Positions 48,964 to 60,740 of a stretch of DNA of 64,000 nucleotides are shown one piece after another. The translations under genes and the position numbers were made by a program. How positions within the stretch are numbered: position 1 is the first letter of the stretch; every line of letters begins with the position of its first letter. The notes under the pieces were generated by a model that was not told the DNA's origin, searched no databases, and saw nothing but the letters and a program-made list of their open reading frames with translations. This DNA comes from Mustelus asterias (lineage: Eukaryota), in NCBI RefSeq assembly GCF_964213995.1, contig NW_027590138.1:930001-994000 (forward strand), in the 5' to 3' direction.

Positions 48964-50226
48964 ATGGAGAAACCGTGGAAATGTGGAGACTGTGGGAAGG
49001 GATTCATATCCCCATCTCAGCTGGAGATTCATCAACGCAGTCACACTGGGGAGAGGCCATTCACCTGCTTTGTGTGTGGGAAGCGATTCACTCACTTACC
49101 TAATCTGCAGAGACACCAACGAGTTCACACAGGGGAGAGGCCATTCAGGTGCTCTGACTGTGGGAAGGGATTCGCTCATTTATCCAGCCTATGTGCACAC
49201 AAAGTCACTCACACCCAGGAGAGACCCTTTAAATGCTCTGACTGTGGGAGCAGATTCAAAAGCTCTGGTGAACTGGTATCCCACCAGCGCATTCACACTG
49301 AGGAGAGACCGTTCAGCTGCTCTCACTGCTCAAAGAGGTTTAAAATGTCATCCAAACTGCGGATACACCAAGGAATTCACACTGGGGAGAGACCATTTAC
49401 CTGCTGTGTGTGTGAGAAGGAATTCACTCATTTATCCAGTCTGCGCGCACACAAAGTCACTCACAGCAATGAGAGACCCTTTAAATGCTCTGACTGTGGA
49501 AGCGATTTCAAACGTGCTGTGGAACTGAGAGACCACGAGCGCATTCACACTGAGGAGAGACCGTTCAGCTGCTCTCACTGCACAAAGAGGTTTAGAAATT
49601 CATCCGACCTGCTAACGCACCAGCGAGTTCACACCGGGGAGAAACCGTTCACCTGCTCTGTGTGTGGGAAGGGATTCATTCATTCATCCCACCTGCTGAG
49701 ACACAAGTTCACTCACACCAATGTGAGACCCTTTAAATGTTCTGACTGTGGGAGTAGCTTCAAAAGCTCTCGGGATCTGATGATTCACCAGCGCATTCAC
49801 ACTGAGGAGAGACCGTTCAGCTACTCTGTCTGCACAAAGAGATTTAGAATGTCATACAACCTGCGGAAACACCAGGCAGTTCACACCGGCGAGAGGTCAT
49901 TCACCTGCTCCGGGTGTGGGAAGGGATACATTCAGTTATCCAGCCTGCTGAGACACAATGTCACTCACACGCAGGATAGATCCTTTAAATGCTCTGACTG
50001 TGGAAGTGGCTTCGAAAGCTCTGGAGAACTGGTGTCCCACCAGCGCATTCGCACTGAGGAGAGACCGTTCAGCTGCTCTCACTGCTCAAAGAGATTTAAA
50101 ACATCGTTCACACTGCGGGTACACCAGCGAGTTCACACAGGGGAGAGGCCATTCACCTGCTGTGTGTGTGGGAATGCATTCACTCAGTTATCCCACCTAC
50201 AGAGACACCAGCGAGTTCACAAGTGA
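48964..50226 (+). CDS. C2H2 zinc-finger protein ZNF-F (15 units, 13 intact)
   Basis: accATGG MEKPWKC start; acceptor at 48605-48606; repeated three-finger module. Confidence 0.85.
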   Translation: MEKPWKCGDCGKGFISPSQLEIHQRSHTGERPFTCFVCGKRFTHLPNLQRHQRVHTGERPFRCSDCGKGFAHLSSLCAHKVTHTQERPFKCSDCGSRFKSSGELVSHQRIHTEERPFSCSHCSKRFKMSSKLRIHQGIHTGERPFTCCVCEKEFTHLSSLRAHKVTHSNERPFKCSDCGSDFKRAVELRDHERIHTEERPFSCSHCTKRFRNSSDLLTHQRVHTGEKPFTCSVCGKGFIHSSHLLRHKFTHTNVRPFKCSDCGSSFKSSRDLMIHQRIHTEERPFSYSVCTKRFRMSYNLRKHQAVHTGERSFTCSGCGKGYIQLSSLLRHNVTHTQDRSFKCSDCGSGFESSGELVSHQRIRTEERPFSCSHCSKRFKTSFTLRVHQRVHTGERPFTCCVCGNAFTQLSHLQRHQRVHK

Positions 50227-50489
50227 TGACAGGGGTTGGATTCTGCTGTTATTGCTGCTGTTAATCACATCCAGGACTGAACCATGTTCATTCGGACAGT
50301 TGGTGAAGTGGGAGGGTCGGAGGGTTTCTTTCTGCTGGACTGGCCAGTCTCACAACTTTGCCTCCAGTGGGCTGATGCTCTTTGAACCTGGGAGAGCACA
50401 TTTCCACTGAAATGATCCACAAAACTAATGAAGGACATTTATTTTATCCTTGATCATAAATTTTTCCTACGACTACTGGTCGATCTAAA

Positions 50490-51105
50490 ATAAATACAGA
50501 AAAAACTAGAAAATCAAAGCCAGTCTGGTAGCATCTCTGGAGAGAGAAACAGAGATAACCTTTTATGTCCAATGTAACTCGACTTCAGAACGAAAGCGAG
50601 GGAGAAATGTGATGGGTTTGATGCTGGTGAGAAAGAGGGGAGGGGCAGGTAGAACAAAAGGGAAAGTCAGGGATTGGTTAGAGGGTGGGTGAGATTAAAT
50701 GACAAAAATATGCTGGAACAAAAGGCAAAGGGAGAGGTAATGGGTGTGGTAAAGAAACAAAGCATTGGTCCAGAGTAAGTGTTAATGGCAGAATAAATGA
50801 CAGCTCTGTCTGGAAGCAAAAAAACATGAAAACAAGAAACAGACTGGCACTCAGCAAAAAAACCCATCAAAATGGAGGAGAGAGTTCAGGGTGTGAAGTT
50901 GTTGAACTCAATGTTGAGTCCAGAAGGCTGTAAAGTGCCTCATCGGAAGATGAGGGGCTGTTTGTCCAGCGTGTGTTGGGCTTCTCCGGAACATTGCAGC
51001 AGGCCGAGGACAGAAATGTGAGCGTGAGAACAAGGTGGTGAATTCTAATGGCAAGCTGAAGGTCAGGGTCATGCTTGTGGACTGAGCGGAGGTGTTCCAC
51101 AAAGA
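50490..51105 (-). mobile_element. Penelope family B 3' fragment
   Basis: EHLRSVHKHDPDL plus frameshifted LIFR.GTLQPSGLNIEFNNF GIY-YIG end; degenerate pLTR and hammerhead at ~50550-50590. Confidence 0.7.
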
Positions 51106-52504
51106 GGGCAGGGAACAGGCTACAGATGAATTAAAGAGAAACCATTTATGTCCAGAACATTGTGAACATCCTTTTACTCTGGTTGTCTTTGATCCTCAAG
51201 TCATTTTCTGTTTGTTTTAACTATGTTCTGTTTCATTAATAAACTTTTATCAGTAAAAATATTTGATTTTGCTGGATTTTTTTTGATTATATTGATGCAC
51301 TTTAGGGAAAGTGGGTGAGAGGTGTTGGCAGGCTCTTTAACAGAAAGTGATCCCTCTAAGGTAATTGGCAAAGGAGCCAGAGGGGGAGATGAGATTTTAT
51401 TTTTTGACACAGCGAGGTGTTCTGATCTGCCTGAAAGCAGATTCAATAGAATCTTTCCAAACGTTAAAGACTTGAAAGGGAAGAATTTGCAGGGCTGTGG
51501 GGAAAGAACAGAGCAGTTGGATGAATCAGAGTCCTTTCAAAGAGATAGCAGAGGCACAATGGGCTGAATGGACTCCTCCTGCAGCCTGTCAATCTCAGCC
51601 TCCTGCTTCTGTGCAGGTTAGAAGGGCAGATTTCATTGCAGCCTCTTCCCTGTTTATGTATTTAAAGAGACGGATTTCTCTTTAGCTCTGAGTGACCGAT
51701 ATAACAATTGGTTGGAGGCCCATTTCCCACTCAGTCCTCCAGCACCTTCCTGTCTCTCTATTAGTGCGACACCCATGGCAGTTTCCCAACTGGGGCGTAG
51801 GCCCCATTATTCTCAGCTAAATTCAGCCCTCAGCTCCGTCGCCTGGCTGTCATTAACACGAGCAATAGAGAGACAGAAAGGTACCCCAGGCTCAAATGGG
51901 AATCGAAACTTGTGGCTTTAAATGAACTGTTAGAATTTCTGTGACATTCAATAATTTAAAAAGTGAATTTAAACCCAGTGAATAAATTAAAGAATCACAT
52001 GACAAAACTTCAAGTTTTTTGACATTTATTCCAACAAACTGGAAGCAACAATGACTAAATACTGTTCTTTGTAGGGAACATTGCCCTTAAACTGTAAAAT
52101 TGAACTTTGCCCTTTTACTCTTAACACAATCAAATATCCCACTCAACGGTTATATTTTACTCTGTCTCCAAAATTTTCCAAAAACCAGTCCAAAGCGATT
52201 CTTCACTCCCCGAGTGTTTATTTCCTTTTCCAGTCTGGCAACCTTTAATCCCAGAACTGTCCTTCACAGTGATGGTTCTCCTGGACATTTTCCCACTAAC
52301 ACAAGCAAGGCGAATCTTCCAGCCTTGTTACACAATCCTCAGGAATTTGTGACCAACATTCAACATCAGAGCAGAAGTAGCCATTTGGCCCTTTGAGTCT
52401 GCTCCACCATTTATTTAGATCATGGCTGATCTTTTTGTGTTGAGTTCCACATTCTCGTTCTACACCCAATACTTTTGATGTCCTTATCCAAAAGAATTGG
52501 TATG

Positions 52505-52640
52505 AAGGCAAAATTCTGCTGTTGCTGGAATCTGAAACAGACACAGGAAATGCTGGACAATCTCAGCAAGTCTGACAGCATCTGTAAAGAGAGAATGGAG
52601 GCAACATTTGGAGTCAGGATGACCCTTTATCAGAGCTGAA
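52505..52640 (-). mobile_element. Penelope family B pLTR
   Basis: Minus strand ctgataaagggtcatcctgactc...cagatgctgtcagacttgctgag. Confidence 0.65.
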
Positions 52641-53450
52641 AACAAAGAAAATCAGACAAAATTCATCCCGTGAGGGTCAAGAATTGGGAAGCAATCTATT
52701 AAACCTCCTCTGAACCACTTTCAATGCATTTGTATCATTTCTTAAATAGGAGACAAAGCTACACCCAGTGTTCAAGATGCAGTCTCAGCAATGCCCTGTA
52801 TAACTGAAGCAGAACATCTTTACTTCTATGTTCAATTTCTTTCGTAATAAAGGATAACATTCCATTTGTAAGAACTTTGATTTATGTGAATGAAGATTTA
52901 TGAGGGTTCTCTTGTTTACAATAACCTCCCCAATCGTAAATCACACCAGGTTCGTGTCTTAACCATGTGGCAAGAAAGAAAGCAAGCTTTAAATGGTGAA
53001 ATCAGAAAGTTTGTTAACCATTAAAAATGTAACAAGTCAGAAAGATAAAAAGCAAAGTGTCGATTAACAGTTAATAGAGAAAGTTTAACTTTAACAATTG
53101 AACAGACTTCTCTCCATCCCTCTCAGACCAGGACATGACGTGACGGCTCCGAAAACATGGATAACTTGTAAAACCAACAGCTCTCCACACCTCTCTGTAA
53201 ACATATCTCCCTCCACCTCTCTCTACCAAGTTGGCTTCTCAAGACCACTTTTTTATACTTTAAAAATGCTGAAAGCCCATCTTAGCCAATTCCCATAAAT
53301 CTTCAATTATGAACTAAAATAGACACGAGTTTTCGGGTGATTTAAAAACAAATGAACTGTCTGCTGAAAGGGTTAACTTTTCTACAGAACCTAAAGGGGT
53401 GGAGAGTGAGCAGCAAAAACTTGGCACACAATTACATCACTTTACACAAC

Positions 53451-55912
53451 CATAGAACCATAGAAAATTACAGCTCAGAAACAGGCCTTTTGGCCCTTCT
53501 TGTCTGTGCCGAACCATTTTTTGCCTAGTCCCACTGACCTGCACTTGGACCATATCCCTCCACACCCCTCTCATCCATGAGCCCGTCCAAGTTTTTCTTG
53601 AATGTTAAAAGTTAAATGTTAAATTTACCACTTTATCCGGCAGCTCATTCCACACTGCCACCACTCTCTGCGGGAAGAAGCCCCCCCCTAATATTCCCTT
53701 TAAACTTTTCTTTCACTCTTAACCCATGCCCTCTGGTTTTTTTCTCCCCGAGCCTCAGCGGAAAAAGCCTGCTTGCATTCACTCTATCTATACCCGTCAA
53801 AATCTTATACACCTCTATCAAATCTCCCCTCAATCTTCTACGCTCCAGGGAATAAAGTCCCAACCCATTCAATCTCTTTCTGTAACTCAGCTTCTCAAGT
53901 CCCGGCAACATCCTTGTGAACCTTCTCTGCACTCTTTCAACCTTATTTACATCCTTCCTGTAACTAGGTGACCAAAACTGTACACAATACTCCAAATTCG
54001 GCCGCACCAATGCCTTGTATAACCTTACCATAACACTCCAACTTTTATACTCGATACTCCGATTTATAAAGGCCAATGTACCAAAGGCACTCTTTACGAC
54101 CCTATCCACCCTTGACGTCACTTTTAGGGAATTCTGTACCTGTATTCCCAGATCCCTCTGTTCAACTGCACTCTTCAGAGTCCTACCACTTACCCTGTAC
54201 GTTCTACTTTGGTTTGTCCTTCCAATGTGCAATATCTCACACTTGTCTGCGTTAAATTCCATTTGCCATTTTTCAGCCCATTTTTCTAGTTGGTCCAAAT
54301 CCCTCTGCAAGCTTTGAAAACCTTCCTCACTGTCCACTACACCTCCAATCTTTGTATCATCAGCAAACTTGCTGATCCAATTTACCACATTATCATCCAG
54401 ATCATTGATATAGATGACAAACAACAATGGACCCAACACCGATCCCTGCGGCACACCACTAGTCACAGGCCTCCACTCAGAGAAGCAATTCTCCACAACC
54501 ACTCTCTGGCTTCTTCCATTGAGCCGGCATCTCCACATCACGTTCTTCCATTGAGCCAGTGTCTAATCCAATTTACTACCTCCCCATGTATACCACGCGA
54601 CTGAACCTTCCTAACTAACCTCCCATGAGGGACCTTGTCAAAGGCCTTGCTGAAATCCAGGTAGACAACATCCACCGCCTTCCCTTCATCCACTTTCCTG
54701 GTAACCTCCTCGAAAAACTCTAATAGATTGGTCAAACATGACCTACCACGCACAAAGCCATGTTGACTCTCCCCAATAAGTCCCTGTCTATCCAAATATT
54801 TGTAGATCCTATCCCTTATCACACCTTCCAATAATTTGCCCACCGACGTCAAACTTACTGGCCTATAATTTCCCGGATTTCTTTTGGAACCTTTTTTAAA
54901 CAACGGAACAACATGAGCCACCCTCCAATCATCCGGCACCTCCCCCGTGAATACTGACATTTTAAATATGTCTGCCAGGGCCCCTGCAAGTTCAACACTA
55001 GCTTCCCTCAAGGTCCGTGGGAATACCCTGACCGGTCCTGGGGATTTATCCACTCTGATTTGCCTCAAGACAGCAAGCACTTCCTCCCCTTTAATCTGTA
55101 AAGGTTCCATGACCTCCCTACCAGTTTGCCCTATTTCCGTAGACTCCATGTCCGTTTCCTCAGTAAATACGGATGCAAAAAAACCATTTAGTATCTCCCC
55201 CATCTCTTTTGGTTCCATACACAGTCTACCACTCTGGTCTTCAAGAGGACCAATTTTATCCCTATCCTTTTGCTCCTAACATACCTATAGAAGCTCTTTG
55301 GATTTCCTTCACTCTGTCTGCCAAAGCAACCTCATGTCTTCTTTTAGCCCTCCTGATTTCCCTCTTAAGTAGCTTCTTGCACTTTTTATACTCCTCGAGC
55401 ATCTGATGTGTTCCTTGCTGCCTGTACATTTCATACAACTCTCTCTTCCTCTTAATCAGTGTTACAATCTCCCTCGAGAACCAAGGTTCCTTATTCCTAT
55501 TTACTTTGCCTTTAATCCTGACAGGAACATACAAACTCTGCACTCTCAAAATTTCTCCTTTGAAGGCCTCCCACTTTCCATTTACATCCTTACCAGAGAA
55601 CAGCCTGTGCCAATCCACACTTCCCAGATCCCTTCTCATTTATCAAATTTGGCCTTTTTCCAGTTCAGAGCTTCAACCCGAGGACCAGATCTATCCTTAT
55701 CCACGATCAGGTTGAAACTAATGGCATTATGATCACTGGATCCAAAGTGTTCCCTCACACTCACATCCATCACCTGCCCTAACTCATTTCCCAATAGGAG
55801 ATCCAATATCGCATCCTCTCTAGTTGGCACCTCTATATACTGATGCAGAAAATTCTCCTGAACACATTTTACAAACTCTACCCCGTCTAAACCTTTAACA
55901 GTATGCGAGTCC
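53451..55912 (-). mobile_element. CR1 LINE ~2.5 kb (APE endonuclease C-terminus, linker, RT), frameshifted
   Basis: PTREDAILDLLL...SDHN, PGP, YRPVSLTS, GVPQGSVLGP, FADD; catagaaccatagaa tail. Confidence 0.95.
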
Positions 55913-56204
55913 CTTCTTACAAGTTTAAAAAACTTCCCTAAGAACAAAACAAACTTGATGTTAAACTGCATCCATTAATTTTTTTGTTCTATTCATCAAC
56001 CTAATTATTTTAATTTGATCAGTTATTGTGAGGGATGATTAACTTCTGTTCTTTATAAACTGGTTCACTCATTTTGTTAATTCTACATGGGCTCGAGAAT
56101 CAGAACCCAGACTTTATCATCCTTATTTTTTCTCCCTTTGCCACCACTCCCTCTGTTTTGCGGGAGGGTCGTGGGGATTCCAATCAGAACTAATCAAATT
56201 ATCA

Positions 56205-56372
56205 TAAAAGTAAAATACTGCGGATGCTGGAATCTGAAACGAAAACAGAAAATGCTGGAAGATCTCAGCAGGTCTGACAGCATCTTTGGAGAGAGAATAG
56301 AGCCAATGTTTTGAGTCTGGATGAGCTTCTTACAAAGTGTCATCCAGAATCGAAACGTTGTTTCTATTCTCT
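56205..56372. mobile_element. Penelope family B pLTR, inverted pair
   Basis: Minus arm to gagtctggatga, then plus arm tcatccagaatcgaaacgttg. Confidence 0.7.
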
Positions 56373-57758
56373 AATCATTTTATCGATAAGCTTCTTGTTC
56401 TTAGTTTCCAAATGGCAGGTAAGAGACCTGTCCGGTCCCCACTCGAGCTCTGATTTTTCACTGGCCATGCGTGGATAGGATTATAACTGTTAGAATCTAC
56501 TCTCAGAGATCTGCTTTTCAGACCAGTGCTACTTGGAGAATACCATCACTTCACCAAATATCGGGTCACAAGTCCCTCACAGTTCTTATCACAAATTGAC
56601 GATAGGTTAAGCAATGCCTCAGAACGCTTTTTAACTTCTTAACCAACTACCTACCACTGTTTGTTGATTGGTCGGACCCCTTTTTTACAGATTCAGGTCT
56701 CTCAGCCGCTGAACACCAGCCGGTCCTGGAATAAGTTTCATTTGAACTCATTCTGAGTCAATATTCTCACCAGGTCCTCTGTTGGGACCCTGCTAAGCAG
56801 CTTTAATGGTCCATGATTGCAGAAACTGAGAAGTTACAGGAATGTGGTCAAGATAGTCCAGTCCCATAATGCCTCACATTCAATCTGCTGTCCTTCAATT
56901 ATAACAGAATATGTGGCTGTATGTAGCTGCCTCGGCCATGGTCAACCCCAACACTGCCTTCCTGAACTGCTTCAATGCCTGAGGTGTAAGTACACCCACA
57001 GTGCTGTTAGAGAGGGAGAATGTAGATGGATACCAGATTGATATATTCCATTCAACCACACCCAAGATGAGTTATTCCAATTTCTTTATTGTCCAGGACA
57101 ATATATTCACAATATCTTTAAAACAGAAATTAAACATTCCCATTTGATTTCAGGTAGTAACATATTCTGTTAGTTTGTTCTTTATTGTCAATGTCAGGCT
57201 GGGGTTGTTCCCCTTGGAGCAAAGGAGGTTGAGGGGAGATTTGATAGAGGTGACAAGATTCTGACAGGTTTAGATAAGGTGGACAAAGAAAAGCTGTTCC
57301 CATTAGCTGATGGGACAAGGATGAGGGGGAGACAGATTTAAGGTTTTGGATCAGAGATGCAGTTGAGGGGGGGGGGTGATGTGAGGAAGAATATTTTGAT
57401 GCAGCGAATGGTAATGACCTGGAACTCGCTGCCTACGAGGGTGGAGGAAGTGGAGACAATAAACAATTACAAAGGAAATTGGATGGGCGTTTGGGGGGTT
57501 TCAAACAGAAATGCTGCCTAAATATCTCTGAACTTCCTCACACCCTGTCACTCTGTGATCCTTGTGAAATTTGAAACCAGGTATTCGCAACAAGACTCAA
57601 GGAGCATCAGCCCACTGGAGGCAAAGTTGTGAGACCGACCAGTCCAACAGAAAGAAACCCTCCGACCCTCCCCATTGACCAACTGTGAGAATGAACAAAA
57701 TGCAGTCCTGGGTGTAATTGAGAGCAGAAACAGTAACAGCAGAATCCAACCTCTGGAA

Positions 57759-58349
57759 TCACTCGTGAACTTGTTGGTGTCTCAGCAGGTGGGATGAAAC
57801 TCTGAATCTCTTCCCACACACAGAGCAGGTGAATGGCCTCTCCCCAGTGTGAACTCGCTGGTGTGTGCAGAGGTTTGAGAGGTCAGTGAATCCCTTCCCA
57901 CACTGAGAGCACATAAATGGTTTCTCCCCAGTGTGAACTCGCTCGTGTGTCCGCAGACTGGATAACTGAGTGAATCCATTCCCACACTGAGAGCAGGTAA
58001 ATGGTCTCTCCCCAGTGTGAACTCGCTGGTGTCTTCGCAGGCCTGATGAATTACTGAATCCCTTCCCACACTGAGAACAAGTGAATGGTCTGTCCCCAGT
58101 GTGAACTCGCTGGTGAGTCCGCAGGTTGGATGACTGAGTGAATCCCTGCCCACACTGAGAGCAGGTGAACGGTCTCTCCCCAGTGTGAACTCGCTGGTGT
58201 CTTTGCTGGCCGGATGAATCACTGAATCCCTCTCCACACTGAGAGCAGGTGAACGGCCTCTCCCCCGTATGGCTGCGCCAATGCGCTTCGAGCTCAGATG
58301 GGTATCCGTATCTTTTCCCACAGTCCGCACACTTCCATGGTTTCTCCAT
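57759..58349 (-). CDS. C2H2 zinc-finger protein ZNF-G (7 fingers), close paralog of ZNF-A
   Basis: accATGG MEKPWKC at 58349, acceptor at 58699-58700, same HE* terminus and upstream region as ZNF-A. Confidence 0.85.
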   Translation of the reverse strand: MEKPWKCADCGKRYGYPSELEAHWRSHTGERPFTCSQCGEGFSDSSGQQRHQRVHTGERPFTCSQCGQGFTQSSNLRTHQRVHTGDRPFTCSQCGKGFSNSSGLRRHQRVHTGERPFTCSQCGNGFTQLSSLRTHERVHTGEKPFMCSQCGKGFTDLSNLCTHQRVHTGERPFTCSVCGKRFRVSSHLLRHQQVHE

Positions 58350-58834
58350 GGTGCAGGTGTCCTTGCCGCTCTCTTGGGTGGACAATTAGTTGAAACTTTG
58401 TCCACACACACAACACGGGTACAGTCTCTCCCCGCTGTGAATGGTGTGATATTTATTCAGGCTGTGTGACTGGTTAAAGCTCTTTAGTCAGTGCACTGGA
58501 ACACTCTCACTCGAGTGTGGCAGTGTGTTGCTGCTTTTCCAGTCACACTGATGTTTGAAATCTTTTCAAATCAACAGACCGGACAATCATTTCTCCTTCT
58601 AGATTCAAAGTCCGATGATATTCAGCTCCCAAGGAATATGACTGTCAGATCTAGACGTGACGTTTGAGATTTCAGCCTGTGATTCCTCTTTCAATATCCT
58701 GTAAAATGAGTTTACAAAAGTCATCAGTGTCAGTACAGGATAGAAATTCAGAACAGACAATTTCTATGGAACATTCTTTCCTCTCTCATTCCCCAAAAGC
58801 TGTAAATCTCCATCCCACACACTCTCTCCCCATT

Positions 58835-59020
58835 CTCAGCAGGTCTGGCAGCATCTGGATGGAGAGAAAAGAACTGATGTTTCAGAGCTTTGACAAAGGG
58901 TCATCGAGACAAGAAACATCAGCTCTTTTCTCTCCTTACAGATGCTGCCAGACCTGCTGAGATTTTCCAGCATTTTCTCTCTTGGTTTCAGATTCCAGCA
59001 TCCGCAGTAATTTGCTTTTA
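58835..59020. mobile_element. Self-inverted Penelope family B mini-element with hammerhead motif
   Basis: GAGCT-TTGACAA-A-gggtc...GAAA-ca-TC-AGCTC at 58885-58925; inverted arm upstream. Confidence 0.75.
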
Positions 59021-60740
59021 TAAGGCTGCAGATACCTCCTCCCAAGTAACATGCGTGTGCCCAAGACATCATCACTTGTTTCCCTTATTTCTTTAGCACC
59101 CATGGTGCTCTCCGCAGTAAACACAGAGGAGAAGTATTCATTAAAAATCTCACCCATCTCCTGTGTCTCCACACACAGATGGCCATACTGATTTTTAAGG
59201 GGATCTATTCTCTCTCTAGCCACCCTTTTACTCTTAATATAGCTATAGAACCTCTTGGAATTTTCTTTAATCTTTAAACCCAATGTATGCTTCCTTCTTT
59301 TACCTGACCAGAGCCTCAATGTCCCTTGTCTGCCAGAGATCCCTAAATTTACCATTCTTTCCCTGCATCTTAACAGGAATATACTGCCCTGGATTCTTGA
59401 TATCACACTTTTAAAACCTTCCATTTGCCAGTCATTCCTTTCCCTTCAAACAAACTCACCTAATCAACATCTGCTCGATCCTGCCTAATGCCCACAAAAG
59501 TGGCCCTGCTCATCCATCCTCTGGATTACCTCTTCGGAAAACAATAAAAGATTTGTCAGACATGACTTCCCGTGCACAAAGCGGTGCTGACTATCCCTAA
59601 TCACACCGTCAGAATCCAAATGTTGGTAGATTCTGTCCTTCACAATCCCCTCCAGTAACTTACCCACCACTGATGTCAGACTACCGGCCTATAATTCTCA
59701 GGCTTCTCTTTGCTACGCTTCTTAAACAACAGAACAACATTAACATGTTCTATTCTTCCAGAACTTCACCAGGAGAAAGAGATGAAACAAATATCTCTGC
59801 AAGGGGCTCTGTAATTCCTTCCTGAGCCTCCCACAAGATCTGAAGATATAATTGATCAGACCCAGGGGATTTATCCACCTTAATGCACTTTAAGGCTGCA
59901 GATACCTCCTCCCGAGTAATATGCATGTGGTCCAAGACATCACAGCTTCTTTCTCTTATTTCTTCAGCATCCATCATGTTCTCCTCAGGAAACACCAAGG
60001 AGAAATATTCATTAAAAATCGCACCCATCTCCTGTGACTCCATCCTCAGATAGCCATGCTGATTTTTAAGGGGACCTATTCTCTCTCTCTCTAGCCACCC
60101 TTTTACTCTTAATATCGCGATAGAACCTCTTGGGATTTTCATAGAATCCATACAGTGCAGAAAGAGGCCATTTGGCCCATCGAATCTGCACCGACCACAA
60201 TCCCACCCAGGCCCTACCCCCATATCCCGACATATTTACCCGCTAATTCCTCTAACCTACGCATCTCAGGACACTAAGGGGCAATTTTAGCATGGCCAAT
60301 CAACCTAACCCACACATCTTTGGACTGTGTTAAAGTTAAATTTTCTTTAACTTTACCTGCCAGATCCATATCATACCCTCTTAAGTGTTCTCTTACACTT
60401 TTAAGAGACATCGAGTGATTCACTTGTCCCCGATTGTCTAAACCCAATGTCTGCTTCCTTCTTTTACCTGACCAGAGCCTCAATGTCCCTTGTCAGCCAG
60501 GGATCCCTAAATTTACCATTCTTTCCCTTCATCCTGACAGGAATATACTGCCCCTGGACTCTTTATCACACTTTTAAAACCTCCCATTTGCCAGTCATTC
60601 CTTTCCCTTCAAACAAACCCACCTAATCGACATCTGCGAGATCCTGCCTAATGCCCACAAAAGTGGCCCTGCTCCAGTTTAGGGCCTTGACCTGTGGACC
60701 TGTCCTATCTTTTTCCTGAACTATTTTGAAACTATTGGTG
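59021..60740 (-). mobile_element. Old CR1 ORF2 fragments with an internal duplication and a nested V-SINE (60139-60328)
   Basis: 59021-59510 repeats 59890-60675 (taaggctgcagatacctcctccc...aaagtggccctgctc); EYFSSVF and KSPG motifs. Confidence 0.75.
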
